Positions 1 to 7,224 of a DNA stretch of 24,000 nt are shown here, one piece after another (positions within the stretch are counted from its first letter, which is position 1; every line of letters begins with the position of its first letter). A program made the position numbers and the translations under genes. Below the pieces are notes generated by a model, which ran no database searches, was not told the DNA's origin, and was given only the letters and a program-made list of their open reading frames with translations. The DNA comes from Candidatus Heimdallarchaeota archaeon. Its GTDB lineage: Archaea > Asgardarchaeota > Heimdallarchaeia > Heimdallarchaeales > JAJRWK01. The DNA is taken from the NCBI GenBank assembly GCA_027061945.1, contig JAMOVR010000210.1, positions 9,977 to 33,976 on the forward strand, written 5' to 3'.

Positions 1-50
1 ATCCTCTCTAAGAAGCAGAAAGCCCCTTACCAAAGCAAAGTTTAGTTCAC
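1..50 (+). repeat. Partial copy (right-end portion, cut by the window edge) of the hairpin-ended intergenic repeat family
   Basis: nt 12-50 GAAGCAGAAAGCCCCTTACCAAAGCAAAGTTTAGTTCAC aligns with the minus-strand end of the 5903-6144 copy (GAAGCAGGAAGCCCCCTGCTAAAGAAAGGGTTAGTTCAC). It has the shared terminal TAGTTCAC. It ends 11 nt from the stop codon of the 62-394 gene. Confidence 0.6.
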
Positions 51-61
51 GAAATTCAAAA

Positions 62-394
62 TTATTTTTGTAGGACAAAATAGTTCTCATTTTTCCAGCT
101 TTTTATAAAATTCATCAAAATTAGGGTTAATTTTGAGTGAGTATTTAATGCAAATATCCTTATTCTACCGTATTTTTTTTCTACTAAGATACCATATTTG
201 ACTAGGGATTGTAAATGTGTTAGTACAGTATTGTGGTTTAGGCGTGTACGATTTGTTATTTGAGTAACGCTCATTTCTTTATGTTTACATAGTAATTTTA
301 AGATTTTTATTCTACCTTTCGAAGAAAATACCTCTTCTAAAGGAACGTATTGAGAATTAATTTTTTCTTCTGTTTTTATAATTGAGCTTTCCAT
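62..394 (-). CDS. ArsR/SmtB-like winged-helix transcriptional regulator (110 aa)
   Basis: wHTH core GRIKILKLLCKHKEMSVTQITNRTRLNHNTVLTHLQSLVKYGILVEK. AAGGTGG Shine-Dalgarno-like motif lies 6 nt upstream of the ATG. The gene sits 18 nt downstream of orc1/cdc6 on the same strand, so it is probably co-transcribed. Confidence 0.6.
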   Translation of the reverse strand: MESSIIKTEEKINSQYVPLEEVFSSKGRIKILKLLCKHKEMSVTQITNRTRLNHNTVLTHLQSLVKYGILVEKKYGRIRIFALNTHSKLTLILMNFIKSWKNENYFVLQK

Positions 395-412
395 TTTTAT
401 CCACCTTTAAAA

Positions 413-1630
413 TTATTTAGGGGTCGTTTGTATGAGCATTAGAAGCTCTTTTTCTAATTGGCGGGTAGAAACATCAGGAAGACTAATGAGCGTCGTTTTT
501 CCTCTTTGACCCTTTCCAGAAGGCTTAATTTGGATAAGGTCAAACATTGCCAGTTCTTTTAGATATTGCCATAATTGTGTGTGTTTTCTTGCTTCTAGAT
601 TAAACTCTTCACATGCCATTCGATATTCTTCTATAGCTTCGCTTGTTTTGATGTATGCCATTTTTGAATGCTTAAATCTACGGACAATACCTAATAAAAG
701 CATTAATTTATGTAGAGATAAGGAGTAAATTGTTTCTCTACGGACAACAGGATGAATTGAAGATTTTGCTTGACGTACATGATCAGGGAATACAAATGGA
801 CTTTGTTCTTCATCAGCGTATTTTCCAGCATACCATATTAGTTCTAATGCATGACGAGCATCACCTAATTCTGAAGCAATATCTGCTGCAAGCCAAATTG
901 CCTCGTCAGTGACTGCTCCTTCTTTGAATGATAATTCTACTCTCTGACGAATAATTTCAGCTAATTGAGACTGATTATATTTCCTTAGCCTAAGAATGCT
1001 ATGACCGAAAGAGCTAGCGGTGCTTTCGTCTAATCTTTTTAGAAAAGAAGAGCTTCTAGCAATCAATACTAACGAGACTTGTGAACTTGTATCCTGATTT
1101 TTATTTATATCATTCATTCTTGTCAAAGCATAAATAATCTCTGTTCCACTTTTCATAGCAATAAAGTCAAATTCATCAAGGACAAGGAAAATGCGGTAAT
1201 TATTGAGCTTTAGGAGATCATTTATAACACTAATTATCTCTTCAGTAGAATATCCTCTTGCTGGGACATGATGGCTTAGTTCTTGAGCTATTGATTGGAA
1301 TATAAGATAAGAGCTATTGTTCGTTCTACAATTAATATGAATGTATTTGACTGGTAATTGGCGTTTTTTAGCACTTTCAACTAGCATATTACCAAAACTT
1401 TTTGCTAAAGATGTTTTTCCAATACCGACCCCACCAACGATTAAGAGATTACTTGTTTTAGGAGATGTTTTATTTAACATTCCTAAAAAATGTCTTGCCA
1501 TAAATCTAAGTTCTACATCCCTGAATAGTAGTTTTGATGGTAAATAATCAATAGATAATTTACTTTCGTCTTTGAACACGGAAGGTCGTGATAATTCTTC
1601 TTCGAGGATGTTAAACCTATTCATATACAT
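413..1630 (-). CDS. cdc6: Orc1/Cdc6 replication initiator (AAA+ ATPase plus C-terminal winged helix)
   Basis: 405-aa ORF with Walker A LLIVGGVGIGKTSLAK and Walker B IFLVLDEFD. The length and C-terminal wH-like region fit archaeal Orc1/Cdc6. A second in-frame ATG lies at 1624. Confidence 0.9.
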   Translation of the reverse strand: MYMNRFNILEEELSRPSVFKDESKLSIDYLPSKLLFRDVELRFMARHFLGMLNKTSPKTSNLLIVGGVGIGKTSLAKSFGNMLVESAKKRQLPVKYIHINCRTNNSSYLIFQSIAQELSHHVPARGYSTEEIISVINDLLKLNNYRIFLVLDEFDFIAMKSGTEIIYALTRMNDINKNQDTSSQVSLVLIARSSSFLKRLDESTASSFGHSILRLRKYNQSQLAEIIRQRVELSFKEGAVTDEAIWLAADIASELGDARHALELIWYAGKYADEEQSPFVFPDHVRQAKSSIHPVVRRETIYSLSLHKLMLLLGIVRRFKHSKMAYIKTSEAIEEYRMACEEFNLEARKHTQLWQYLKELAMFDLIQIKPSGKGQRGKTTLISLPDVSTRQLEKELLMLIQTTPK

Positions 1631-1826
1631 GAAATAGTTACTATGTCCAGATTAATAAAAAAAGACGGGGTTAATTGAAAGTGAAAAAGTGAAATAGAAA
1701 AAAAATTAAGAAAGTAATTTGTGTGCAAAAACATAGAAAATTGAAACAGTAATAATAAAAGCAACAGTGACTTTAACCAAGAATTTAAAGATAGTTCTGT
1801 ATCAAAAAAAAATAGTGTGAGTGAAA
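1631..1826. promoter_or_regulatory. Divergent promoter region of cdc6 and L11; weak candidate replication-origin segment
   Basis: Extremely A/T-rich spacer next to orc1/cdc6. It has repeated GTGAAA / TTGAAA(G/C) words (TTGAAAGTGAAAAAGTGAAAT at 1674-1694, TTGAAAC at 1741-1747, GTGAGTGAAAA at 1817-1827) and a GGGG string at 1667-1670. No clear canonical ORB dyad was found. Confidence 0.25.
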
Positions 1827-2333
1827 ATGAGTAGTTCAGAAAAAGTAGTTGTTCAATTATTAGTTGATGCTGGAAAAGCCACCCCGGCCGGTCCAATGGC
1901 TCAGCAAGTAGGGCCTACCGGTGCAAATTTAGGAAAAGTAGTTGCTGAGATTAATGCTAAAACTGCACAATTCAAAGGAATGAAAGTCCCTGTAAAAGTA
2001 ATCGTTGATAAAAAAACAAGAGAATTTGAAATTGAAGTTGGTCTTCCACCAGCAAGTTCTCTTATACTTAAAGAAGCCGGTGTTGAAAAAGGAAGTGGAG
2101 AAACAGGACATAAATGGGTTGGAGACATTACTTTCGAACAAGTCTTAAAAGTAGCTCAGATTAAGAGAGAGGACATGTTAGCCTCAACACTTAAAGCCGC
2201 TGCAAGCCAGATTCTAGGTACAATGGTATCAACTGGTGTGAAATGTGAAGGATTACATCCAAAAGATGCAACTAAGAAATTAGAAGCAGGAGAATATGAC
2301 GATATCATTGAAAAATTTGAAAAACAAAACTAA
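1827..2333 (+). CDS. rpl11: 50S ribosomal protein uL11
   Basis: VVQLLVDAGKATPAGPMAQQVGPTGANLGKVVAEINAKT matches the uL11 N-terminal domain. The track ORF starts at GTG 1821; I prefer ATG 1827. The gene is inverted relative to the usual secE-spt5-L11 order. Confidence 0.9.
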   Translation: MSSSEKVVVQLLVDAGKATPAGPMAQQVGPTGANLGKVVAEINAKTAQFKGMKVPVKVIVDKKTREFEIEVGLPPASSLILKEAGVEKGSGETGHKWVGDITFEQVLKVAQIKREDMLASTLKAAASQILGTMVSTGVKCEGLHPKDATKKLEAGEYDDIIEKFEKQN

Positions 2334-2353
2334 AAAACATAAAACTAAAGATT

Positions 2354-2650
2354 TTATCTGGCTTTTTTACGATTGATATGCCCACAATTAGGGCAAGTTA
2401 AAACAAGAGATTTTCTCTTAATTCTAGGAGGGGTCTCAAATAAAGCACCACATTTATTACAAAAAACCATTTTTTTTAGTTTATTTGGTCTTATCTTTGT
2501 TTTTTTAGTAATTGATTTTATTTCTTGAAAAATAATTGAAGAAAATTCTTTTTCTTTGTTAGCTAAAATAAACAAATCATCATAAGTCGATAATATGACC
2601 TGTTTAGGAACAGAAACAAATTTTTTAAATTTTTTTACCAATCCCAACAC
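2354..2650 (-). CDS. Small lysine-rich protein with a C-terminal CxxC...CxxC zinc ribbon (hypothetical)
   Basis: The C-terminus FCNKCGALFETPPRIKRKSLVLTCPNCGHINRKKAR has two CxxC pairs. The start is uncertain: GTG at 2650, or TTG three codons in with AAGGTG just upstream. The only in-frame ATG gives a 38-aa Zn-ribbon-only product. Confidence 0.45.
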   Translation of the reverse strand: MLGLVKKFKKFVSVPKQVILSTYDDLFILANKEKEFSSIIFQEIKSITKKTKIRPNKLKKMVFCNKCGALFETPPRIKRKSLVLTCPNCGHINRKKAR

Positions 2651-2663
2651 CTTTTAATTTCTT

Positions 2664-2748
2664 GTTAGCTATCCCCTCGCTTTCGCAAGTGGCATCATCT
2701 CTCATTCCTTACCTCCCCCGAAGATGAGGGATTTGCCGAGAGAGTTAA
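2664..2748 (-). mobile_element. 85-nt miniature member of the repeat family (both end modules present, core missing)
   Basis: Minus strand reads TTAACTCTCTCGGCAAATCCCTCATCTTCGGGGGAGG...GATGATGCCACTTGCGAAAGCGAGGGGATAGCTAAC. The left module matches the 7177 and 6144 ends (TTAACTCTATTGGCGACAAATCCCC / CTAACTTTGTCACCAAGAAATCCC). The right module matches the 16985 end (CTCGCGAAAAAAGCACAGGGGATAGTTCAC). It fills the whole gap between the spt5 stop and the next ORF. Confidence 0.6.
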
Positions 2749-3215
2749 AGATTAAATATATTGTTATCACTACCTTTTTCAATCCTCCTTACAAAATCCC
2801 CATGTAATTCAATAGGGATAGCCATTCCTCCACCTAATAGTTCTACAGTTACTTTTTCACGGGACTGATCAATTCTAATTATTCTTGCTCTACTTCCTTT
2901 AAATGGCCCATCAATTACTTCAACTAAATCTCCTTCGTCTAGCCCTTCTATTGCCGGTTTCGGAATCAAAACATTTGAAAGCTCATCAATTGGGACTTCT
3001 TGTCCTCTAACTGCCCTTGTCCTAATGTGCCGAAGATTTTGAGTTGCTTTTTCAACGGTTAGTTGATCTGGGCCCTCGACAAAAATATAACCCCTAAGGC
3101 TGTCAGTAACCAAGATCGCAGATACCGGTAGGTTTCTTGACTTTACTCTATGTTCAACCATCTTAGCAACTGTTTTTTCCTGACTTACCGTTGTTTTTAA
3201 GGCATATATTGGCAT
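2745..3215 (-). CDS. spt5: Transcription elongation factor Spt5 (archaeal NusG; NGN plus KOW)
   Basis: NGN-like N-terminus (YALKTTVSQEKTVAKMV...GYIFVEG) and KOW motif (GDLVEVIDGPFKGSRARIIRID). I chose ATG 3215, which is preceded by GTGAT; the track start at 3224 is a GTG. secE is immediately upstream, as in the conserved cluster. Confidence 0.9.
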   Translation of the reverse strand: MPIYALKTTVSQEKTVAKMVEHRVKSRNLPVSAILVTDSLRGYIFVEGPDQLTVEKATQNLRHIRTRAVRGQEVPIDELSNVLIPKPAIEGLDEGDLVEVIDGPFKGSRARIIRIDQSREKVTVELLGGGMAIPIELHGDFVRRIEKGSDNNIFNL

Positions 3216-3286
3216 TTTAATCACATCTAAAATGATGCTTATTTATCTAAGAGTAGATAGATAATGCAAACTTATAAGCTAATGCT

Positions 3287-3478
3287 TTACGAAAATGTCT
3301 GAACTATAAAGTTCATGATAGTATGAACTAAATAACCTATTAGCCCCATGGCTAAAATTCCAATTGCTGTTATTTGAGATGTAGTAATTATTTCTTTTCT
3401 GCTAGGTAATTTAGTTGATCTAAACAGTATTCTTTTACTTTGGGTGATATACCGGTCAATTGTTTTGATAACAGACAT
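3287..3478 (-). CDS. secE: Preprotein translocase subunit SecE / Sec61-gamma
   Basis: 63-aa protein with a basic N-terminus and a single C-terminal TM helix (ITAIGILAMGLIGYLVHTIMNFIV). Its position upstream of spt5 is conserved. Confidence 0.75.
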   Translation of the reverse strand: MSVIKTIDRYITQSKRILFRSTKLPSRKEIITTSQITAIGILAMGLIGYLVHTIMNFIVQTFS

Positions 3479-3606
3479 TTTTCTTCAATAAAGTTTTTTC
3501 CAATAGGAATTTAAAAGAAATTTGCTTCTGAACTTTTCACTTTTTTTGAGTTAACGAAAATACTTTTTAAGTAGGAAAAAGCCAGAAAATATGGCGATAG
3601 AAAAAA

Positions 3607-5445
3607 ATGTGCGGGATAATTGGAATTGTTCAGCAGAATAAAAATAAGCAACTAGTAGAAAAATTATTCCAATCGCTAAAAAGACTTGAATATAGAGGCT
3701 ATGATTCTGTTGGTTTTGCTATAATTAATAATAATCGGGTTGAAGTTGGGAAGGATAAAGGAACAGTAGATGAAGTAATTAGCAAAATTAGTTTTGAAGA
3801 AATTGAAAGTAATATTGGGATCGGCCATTCAAGATGGGCCACACATGGGCCTCCAAGTAAAAATAATGCACATCCGCATACTGATTGTACCGGCAAAATT
3901 GCAGTGATTCATAATGGCATTATTAGTAATTTTTTACAATTAAGAAAAGAATTAACTGAAAAAGGTCATGTCTTTAAATCAGAAACTGATACAGAAGTAA
4001 TACCTCATTTATTAGAAGAAGAATTAAAAAAAGGAAAAACAATTAAAGAAGCTCTTTTTAATATTGGTAAGATCTTAGGAGGAGCCTATGCAGTAGTGGT
4101 TCTTTTTGCAGATGAACCAAATAGGCTGTATGCTATGAAAAAAGAAAATCCATTAATAATTGGTGTTGATGAAGAAGCGACTTATGCGGCATCGGATATC
4201 CCCGCATTTTTGCCATACACCCGAGAAGTTGTAACAATCAAAGATGATGAATTAGTAATATTATCACCTGGGAAATATGAGATTTATGATGTTAAGACTA
4301 AAAAAAAGATAGAAAGAAAACCACATACTATTACATGGACACCTGATGCTGCACAGAAGGGAGGATATCCTCACTTCATGTTGAAGGAGATACATGAAAG
4401 TGGAAATGCTCTAAGAACCCAATTAAAAGCAAATTCTTTGGAAAGCATGCAAAATGCAATAGAGCTAATAAATAATGCAAAAAAAATCTTTGTTGTTGCT
4501 GCTGGGAGTGCATATTATGCAGGACTTACAGCTTATTATTTGTTTACATCTAAATTGAAAAAGATAGTAATTCCAGTTATTGCATCAGAATATGAAAACG
4601 CTATCCCATTAATTGACAATAATTCATTAGTAATTGCAGTTAGCCAATCTGGAGAAACCATAGATACAATTAAAGCAGTAAAAGCCGCAAAAAAGAAAGG
4701 AGCAAAAATATTGTCTGTAGTAAATGTGGTAGGTAGTTCTATAACAAGAATTTCTGATGAAATAATTTATATTCACGCGGGACCAGAGATCGGAGTTGCT
4801 GCTACAAAAACGTTCTTAGCCCAAGCATATGCGATCTGGAGATTATATTATGCAATAAGCAAGAAGGATAGTAAAAAGTACAGTATTAGTGAAGAAGAAA
4901 TCGAAAAATTAGGGATGGCAATTGAAAGCATGCCAAATGAGATCGAGGCAATAATAACTAAATATGAAGCAAAAGCTAAAGAGGTTGCAAATAAAATTAA
5001 AAATAAAGCTAGTGCTTTTTATCTTGGCAGAGGTTTAAACGTAGTAACTGCATTAGAAGGCGCATTAAAATTAAAAGAAATTAGCTATATCCATGCAGAA
5101 GCATATCCGGCGGGAGAAAGCAAGCATGGACCGATAGCTCTGATTGAGGAAGACTATCCTGTAGTAGTAATTGCACCAAATGACAATACACGAGAAAAAA
5201 TAATTGGAAACATTATGGAGATGAAAGCAAGAGGAGCTACTATCATTGCAATTACAGAAGAAGGAGACGAGGAAATAAAGCAAATAACGAATTATACTTT
5301 TGAAATAAACAAACAATATTCCCATTATCTCCAAAATATTGCATATCAGATCCCATTGCATCTAATTGCATATTATACCGCAACATTAAAGGGTTATAAC
5401 CCTGATTATCCACGTAATTTAGCAAAAAGCGTAACAGTAGAATAA
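3607..5445 (+). CDS. glmS: Glutamine--fructose-6-phosphate aminotransferase (isomerising)
   Basis: Begins MCGIIGIV (N-terminal catalytic Cys), has two SIS domains (SQSGETIDT) and ends with the canonical NLAKSVTVE. 612 aa. Confidence 0.95.
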   Translation: MCGIIGIVQQNKNKQLVEKLFQSLKRLEYRGYDSVGFAIINNNRVEVGKDKGTVDEVISKISFEEIESNIGIGHSRWATHGPPSKNNAHPHTDCTGKIAVIHNGIISNFLQLRKELTEKGHVFKSETDTEVIPHLLEEELKKGKTIKEALFNIGKILGGAYAVVVLFADEPNRLYAMKKENPLIIGVDEEATYAASDIPAFLPYTREVVTIKDDELVILSPGKYEIYDVKTKKKIERKPHTITWTPDAAQKGGYPHFMLKEIHESGNALRTQLKANSLESMQNAIELINNAKKIFVVAAGSAYYAGLTAYYLFTSKLKKIVIPVIASEYENAIPLIDNNSLVIAVSQSGETIDTIKAVKAAKKKGAKILSVVNVVGSSITRISDEIIYIHAGPEIGVAATKTFLAQAYAIWRLYYAISKKDSKKYSISEEEIEKLGMAIESMPNEIEAIITKYEAKAKEVANKIKNKASAFYLGRGLNVVTALEGALKLKEISYIHAEAYPAGESKHGPIALIEEDYPVVVIAPNDNTREKIIGNIMEMKARGATIIAITEEGDEEIKQITNYTFEINKQYSHYLQNIAYQIPLHLIAYYTATLKGYNPDYPRNLAKSVTVE

Positions 5446-5460
5446 AATTTAGATAGATTA

Positions 5461-5800
5461 TAGACTAACATATTCCTACGACTGCAGTCGTGGGGTTCGG
5501 CGTATAGACATGCGTGTTTAGGTGTCATGCCATTTTGCGCCTGTACTCGCCGTGTCCCGACGAGGGAGTGTTGGTTAGTGACTCCAATCCTCTGTTCAGT
5601 ATGTTTATTGAAGCGTTTTGGTCTCTGTCTATTTCTAGTCCGCATACTGGGCTGAGCTGGGCTGGGCATTTGAGCACTCTATCGCCTAATTTCAATTTGC
5701 GGTTTGCGTGTCCGCATTTAGAGCATGTTTTGCTGGTGTTTTTAGGAGTTATTCTTATTGTTTCCCGTATAGCTCTTTCCATTCCAGCACGCCAGCACAC
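5461..5800 (-). pseudogene. tnpB: TnpB (IS200/IS605 OrfB-type RNA-guided nuclease) C-terminal relic with its hairpin right end
   Basis: The 91-codon fragment carries ITPKNTSKTCSKCGHANRKLKLGDRVLKCPAQLSPVCGLEIDRDQNASINILNRG (Zn finger plus the RuvC-III DRD.NA..NI motif). It is preceded by in-frame stops, and there is no room for the ~300 N-terminal codons. Downstream is a 10-bp hairpin (CCTACGACTGCAGTCGTGGG on the plus strand, 5475-5494; minus strand CCCACGACTGCAGTCGTAGG), then AATATGTTAGTCTA ending 15 nt from the glmS stop. Confidence 0.8.
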
Positions 5801-5902
5801 AGAAAAGCTCTCCTAAAGAAACTCTATGACACATTTATTTGGTTTTTATGATGGGCATTCCTCCTACCACTTCTATTGGTGGGCTTCATGCCCAAACTTA
5901 TA

Positions 5903-6144
5903 GTGAACTAACCCTTTCTTTAGCAGGGGGCTTCCTGCTTCATCAAAAAGACTTGCCCCAAAACCATTTCCATGCAAGATATTGACAGAATAAAATTTTA
6001 TGGGGCTTCTTTTCACAGGCACCACAAGATAGACTGCTCAAATCTGTATCAATATTATCATAAAAATACGATCTACCTTAATAACGGCTCTTATTCAATG
6101 TCCCATTTTCCAGAAGAAAAGGGATTTCTTGGTGACAAAGTTAG
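5903..6144 (-). mobile_element. Full-length member of the repeat family (PATE/MITE-like, no ORF), boundaries +/-10 nt
   Basis: Minus strand reads CTAACTTTGTCACCAAGAAATCCCTTTTCTTCTGGAAAATGGG (left hairpin, 6102-6123) ... AAGGTAGATCGTAT ... ATTGATACA ... GCAGTCT ... GATGAAGCAGGAAGCCCCCTGCTAAAGAAAGGGTTAGTTCAC (right hairpin CCCT/AGGG plus terminus at 5903). It is collinear with the 14107-14340 copy, sharing exact 17-mer and 14-mer blocks. Confidence 0.7.
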
Positions 6145-6232
6145 ATAAGTTAGAATTATCACTACAGGAAAGTCCCTATCCCGTAATAGGAACCTATTAT
6201 CGTTATTATATGAGTGAGTTAGTAACTAACTT

Positions 6233-6421
6233 TTACAATTCATCTTCAAACCATTTTTTTCCTCGTTGTTTTCTTGTCCGGTGTATCCGTCGAGTCTCTT
6301 TCCTAAAGGCCTTAGCCACTTTTTCTTCAATGTTGTCCCAATCCAGATCATCTTCAAAGCCATAATTCTTATTTTTCGAGAATTTCTTCGAATTAAATCT
6401 TTTAGTAGAATAGTTCTTCAT
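6233..6421 (-). CDS. Small basic hypothetical protein (62 aa)
   Basis: ORF with a GAGGA motif 7 nt upstream of the ATG. It is Lys/Arg-rich (RKETRRIHRTRKQRGKKW). I recognise no family. Confidence 0.4.
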   Translation of the reverse strand: MKNYSTKRFNSKKFSKNKNYGFEDDLDWDNIEEKVAKAFRKETRRIHRTRKQRGKKWFEDEL

Positions 6422-6524
6422 CTGAATTCCTCAAGATAAAGTGGTTTAAACATAGATCAAATCAATTATATCAAAAAAATTTTTTAGCTTTTTCATATTA
6501 AATTAAAAACTTGATTTAAAAACA

Positions 6525-6833
6525 CTATTTCTTTTGGATAATTTTAAGTTCTTCAAGATATTTAAATGCGTTTTCTTTATTCATTAAAAAATATTGAACT
6601 TCTTTTTCAGATATCTTTTTTACATCAATAAATCTTAATCGTTGAAGGTTTTCAAGACATATTAATACTTGTTCAGGAGAAATACCAGATGCTAAGACAA
6701 TTTCTGGAAATGTTAACGTATCATGCATTAAAAATAAGATTAGGATGATTGACAATGAAAGACGCTCTTTTGGAATATTCTTGTAATTTATTTCATAATC
6801 CTGTTCTTCAATCATCTTATCATTCTTTATCAT
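6525..6833 (-). CDS. Hypothetical protein, possible winged-helix DNA-binding fold (102 aa)
   Basis: The segment LTFPEIVLASGISPEQVLICLENLQRLRFIDVKK looks like an HTH followed by a wing. There is no recognisable family signature. Confidence 0.4.
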   Translation of the reverse strand: MIKNDKMIEEQDYEINYKNIPKERLSLSIILILFLMHDTLTFPEIVLASGISPEQVLICLENLQRLRFIDVKKISEKEVQYFLMNKENAFKYLEELKIIQKK

Positions 6834-6974
6834 TTTTCATAAATCCTTAATAAACTAATGAAATTGTGTATCTTAATGAGTATTACATTAACTTTTTTTA
6901 ACTCAAAGCAAGCAGTTTTTATGAAAAAGCAAAATAAATCTATTAAGTCGCAACATCATTATCGATAAATATGG

Positions 6975-7177
6975 GTGAACGACCTATCGCTTTCACATGG
7001 GGCTTCTCCGACCGTGCTTTCATGATGTTGGGAGACTCCAGCACGGAACAATTTCACGGAGACCTCCTCCCAGGTGCATCCCCAACAAAAGCATGGATAT
7101 CAGAAGGGTATGTAATATTATTGGCTTTCATTCCCTGTTCTGCCTCGTGGAAGGGGATTTGTCGCCAATAGAGTTAA
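6975..7177 (-). mobile_element. Full-length member of the repeat family, boundaries +/-10 nt
   Basis: Minus strand reads TTAACTCTATTGGCGACAAATCCCCTTCCACGAGGCAGAACAGGG (left hairpin, 7133-7156) ... CGGTCGGAGAAGCCCCATGTGAAAGCGATAGGTCGTTCAC (terminus at 6975). It is visibly GC-richer than its flanks. The track ORFs 6971-7171 and 6997-7206 lie inside it and are not credible genes. Confidence 0.65.
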
Positions 7178-7224
7178 AAAATAAGAAAAGGACAACATAT
7201 ATATAAACTAAATGGTGAAAAACA

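Noticed and set aside
2651-2744. C/D-box sRNA, considered because of GAUGAUGC on the minus strand.
   Set aside because: There is no matching D box (CUGA) or C'/D' pair at the proper spacing. The segment is better explained as the miniature repeat-family member.
3479-3606. Possible glmS ribozyme or riboswitch upstream of glmS.
   Set aside because: The leader is short, almost pure A/T, and has no conserved glmS-ribozyme core pairing. The ribozyme is a bacterial feature and is not expected here.
5406-5816. Track ORFs 5406-5669(-) and 5514-5816(+) overlapping the TnpB relic.
   Set aside because: They are alternative frames of the relatively GC-rich TnpB 3' region and right end, with Arg/Pro/Ser-rich nonsense composition. 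Only the 5525-5800(-) frame shows the TnpB Zn-finger/RuvC-III motifs.
6971-7206. GC-rich ~200-nt island considered as an SRP (7S) RNA, RNase P RNA or other housekeeping ncRNA; it also carries two track ORFs (6971-7171, 6997-7206).
   Set aside because: I could not find the SRP helix-8 motif (GGAA-capped stem with AGCA) or the RNase P GAGGAAAGUCC block on either strand. The segment aligns end-to-end with the dispersed repeat family, so it is a repeat copy. The ORFs have no start context and lie wholly inside the repeat.
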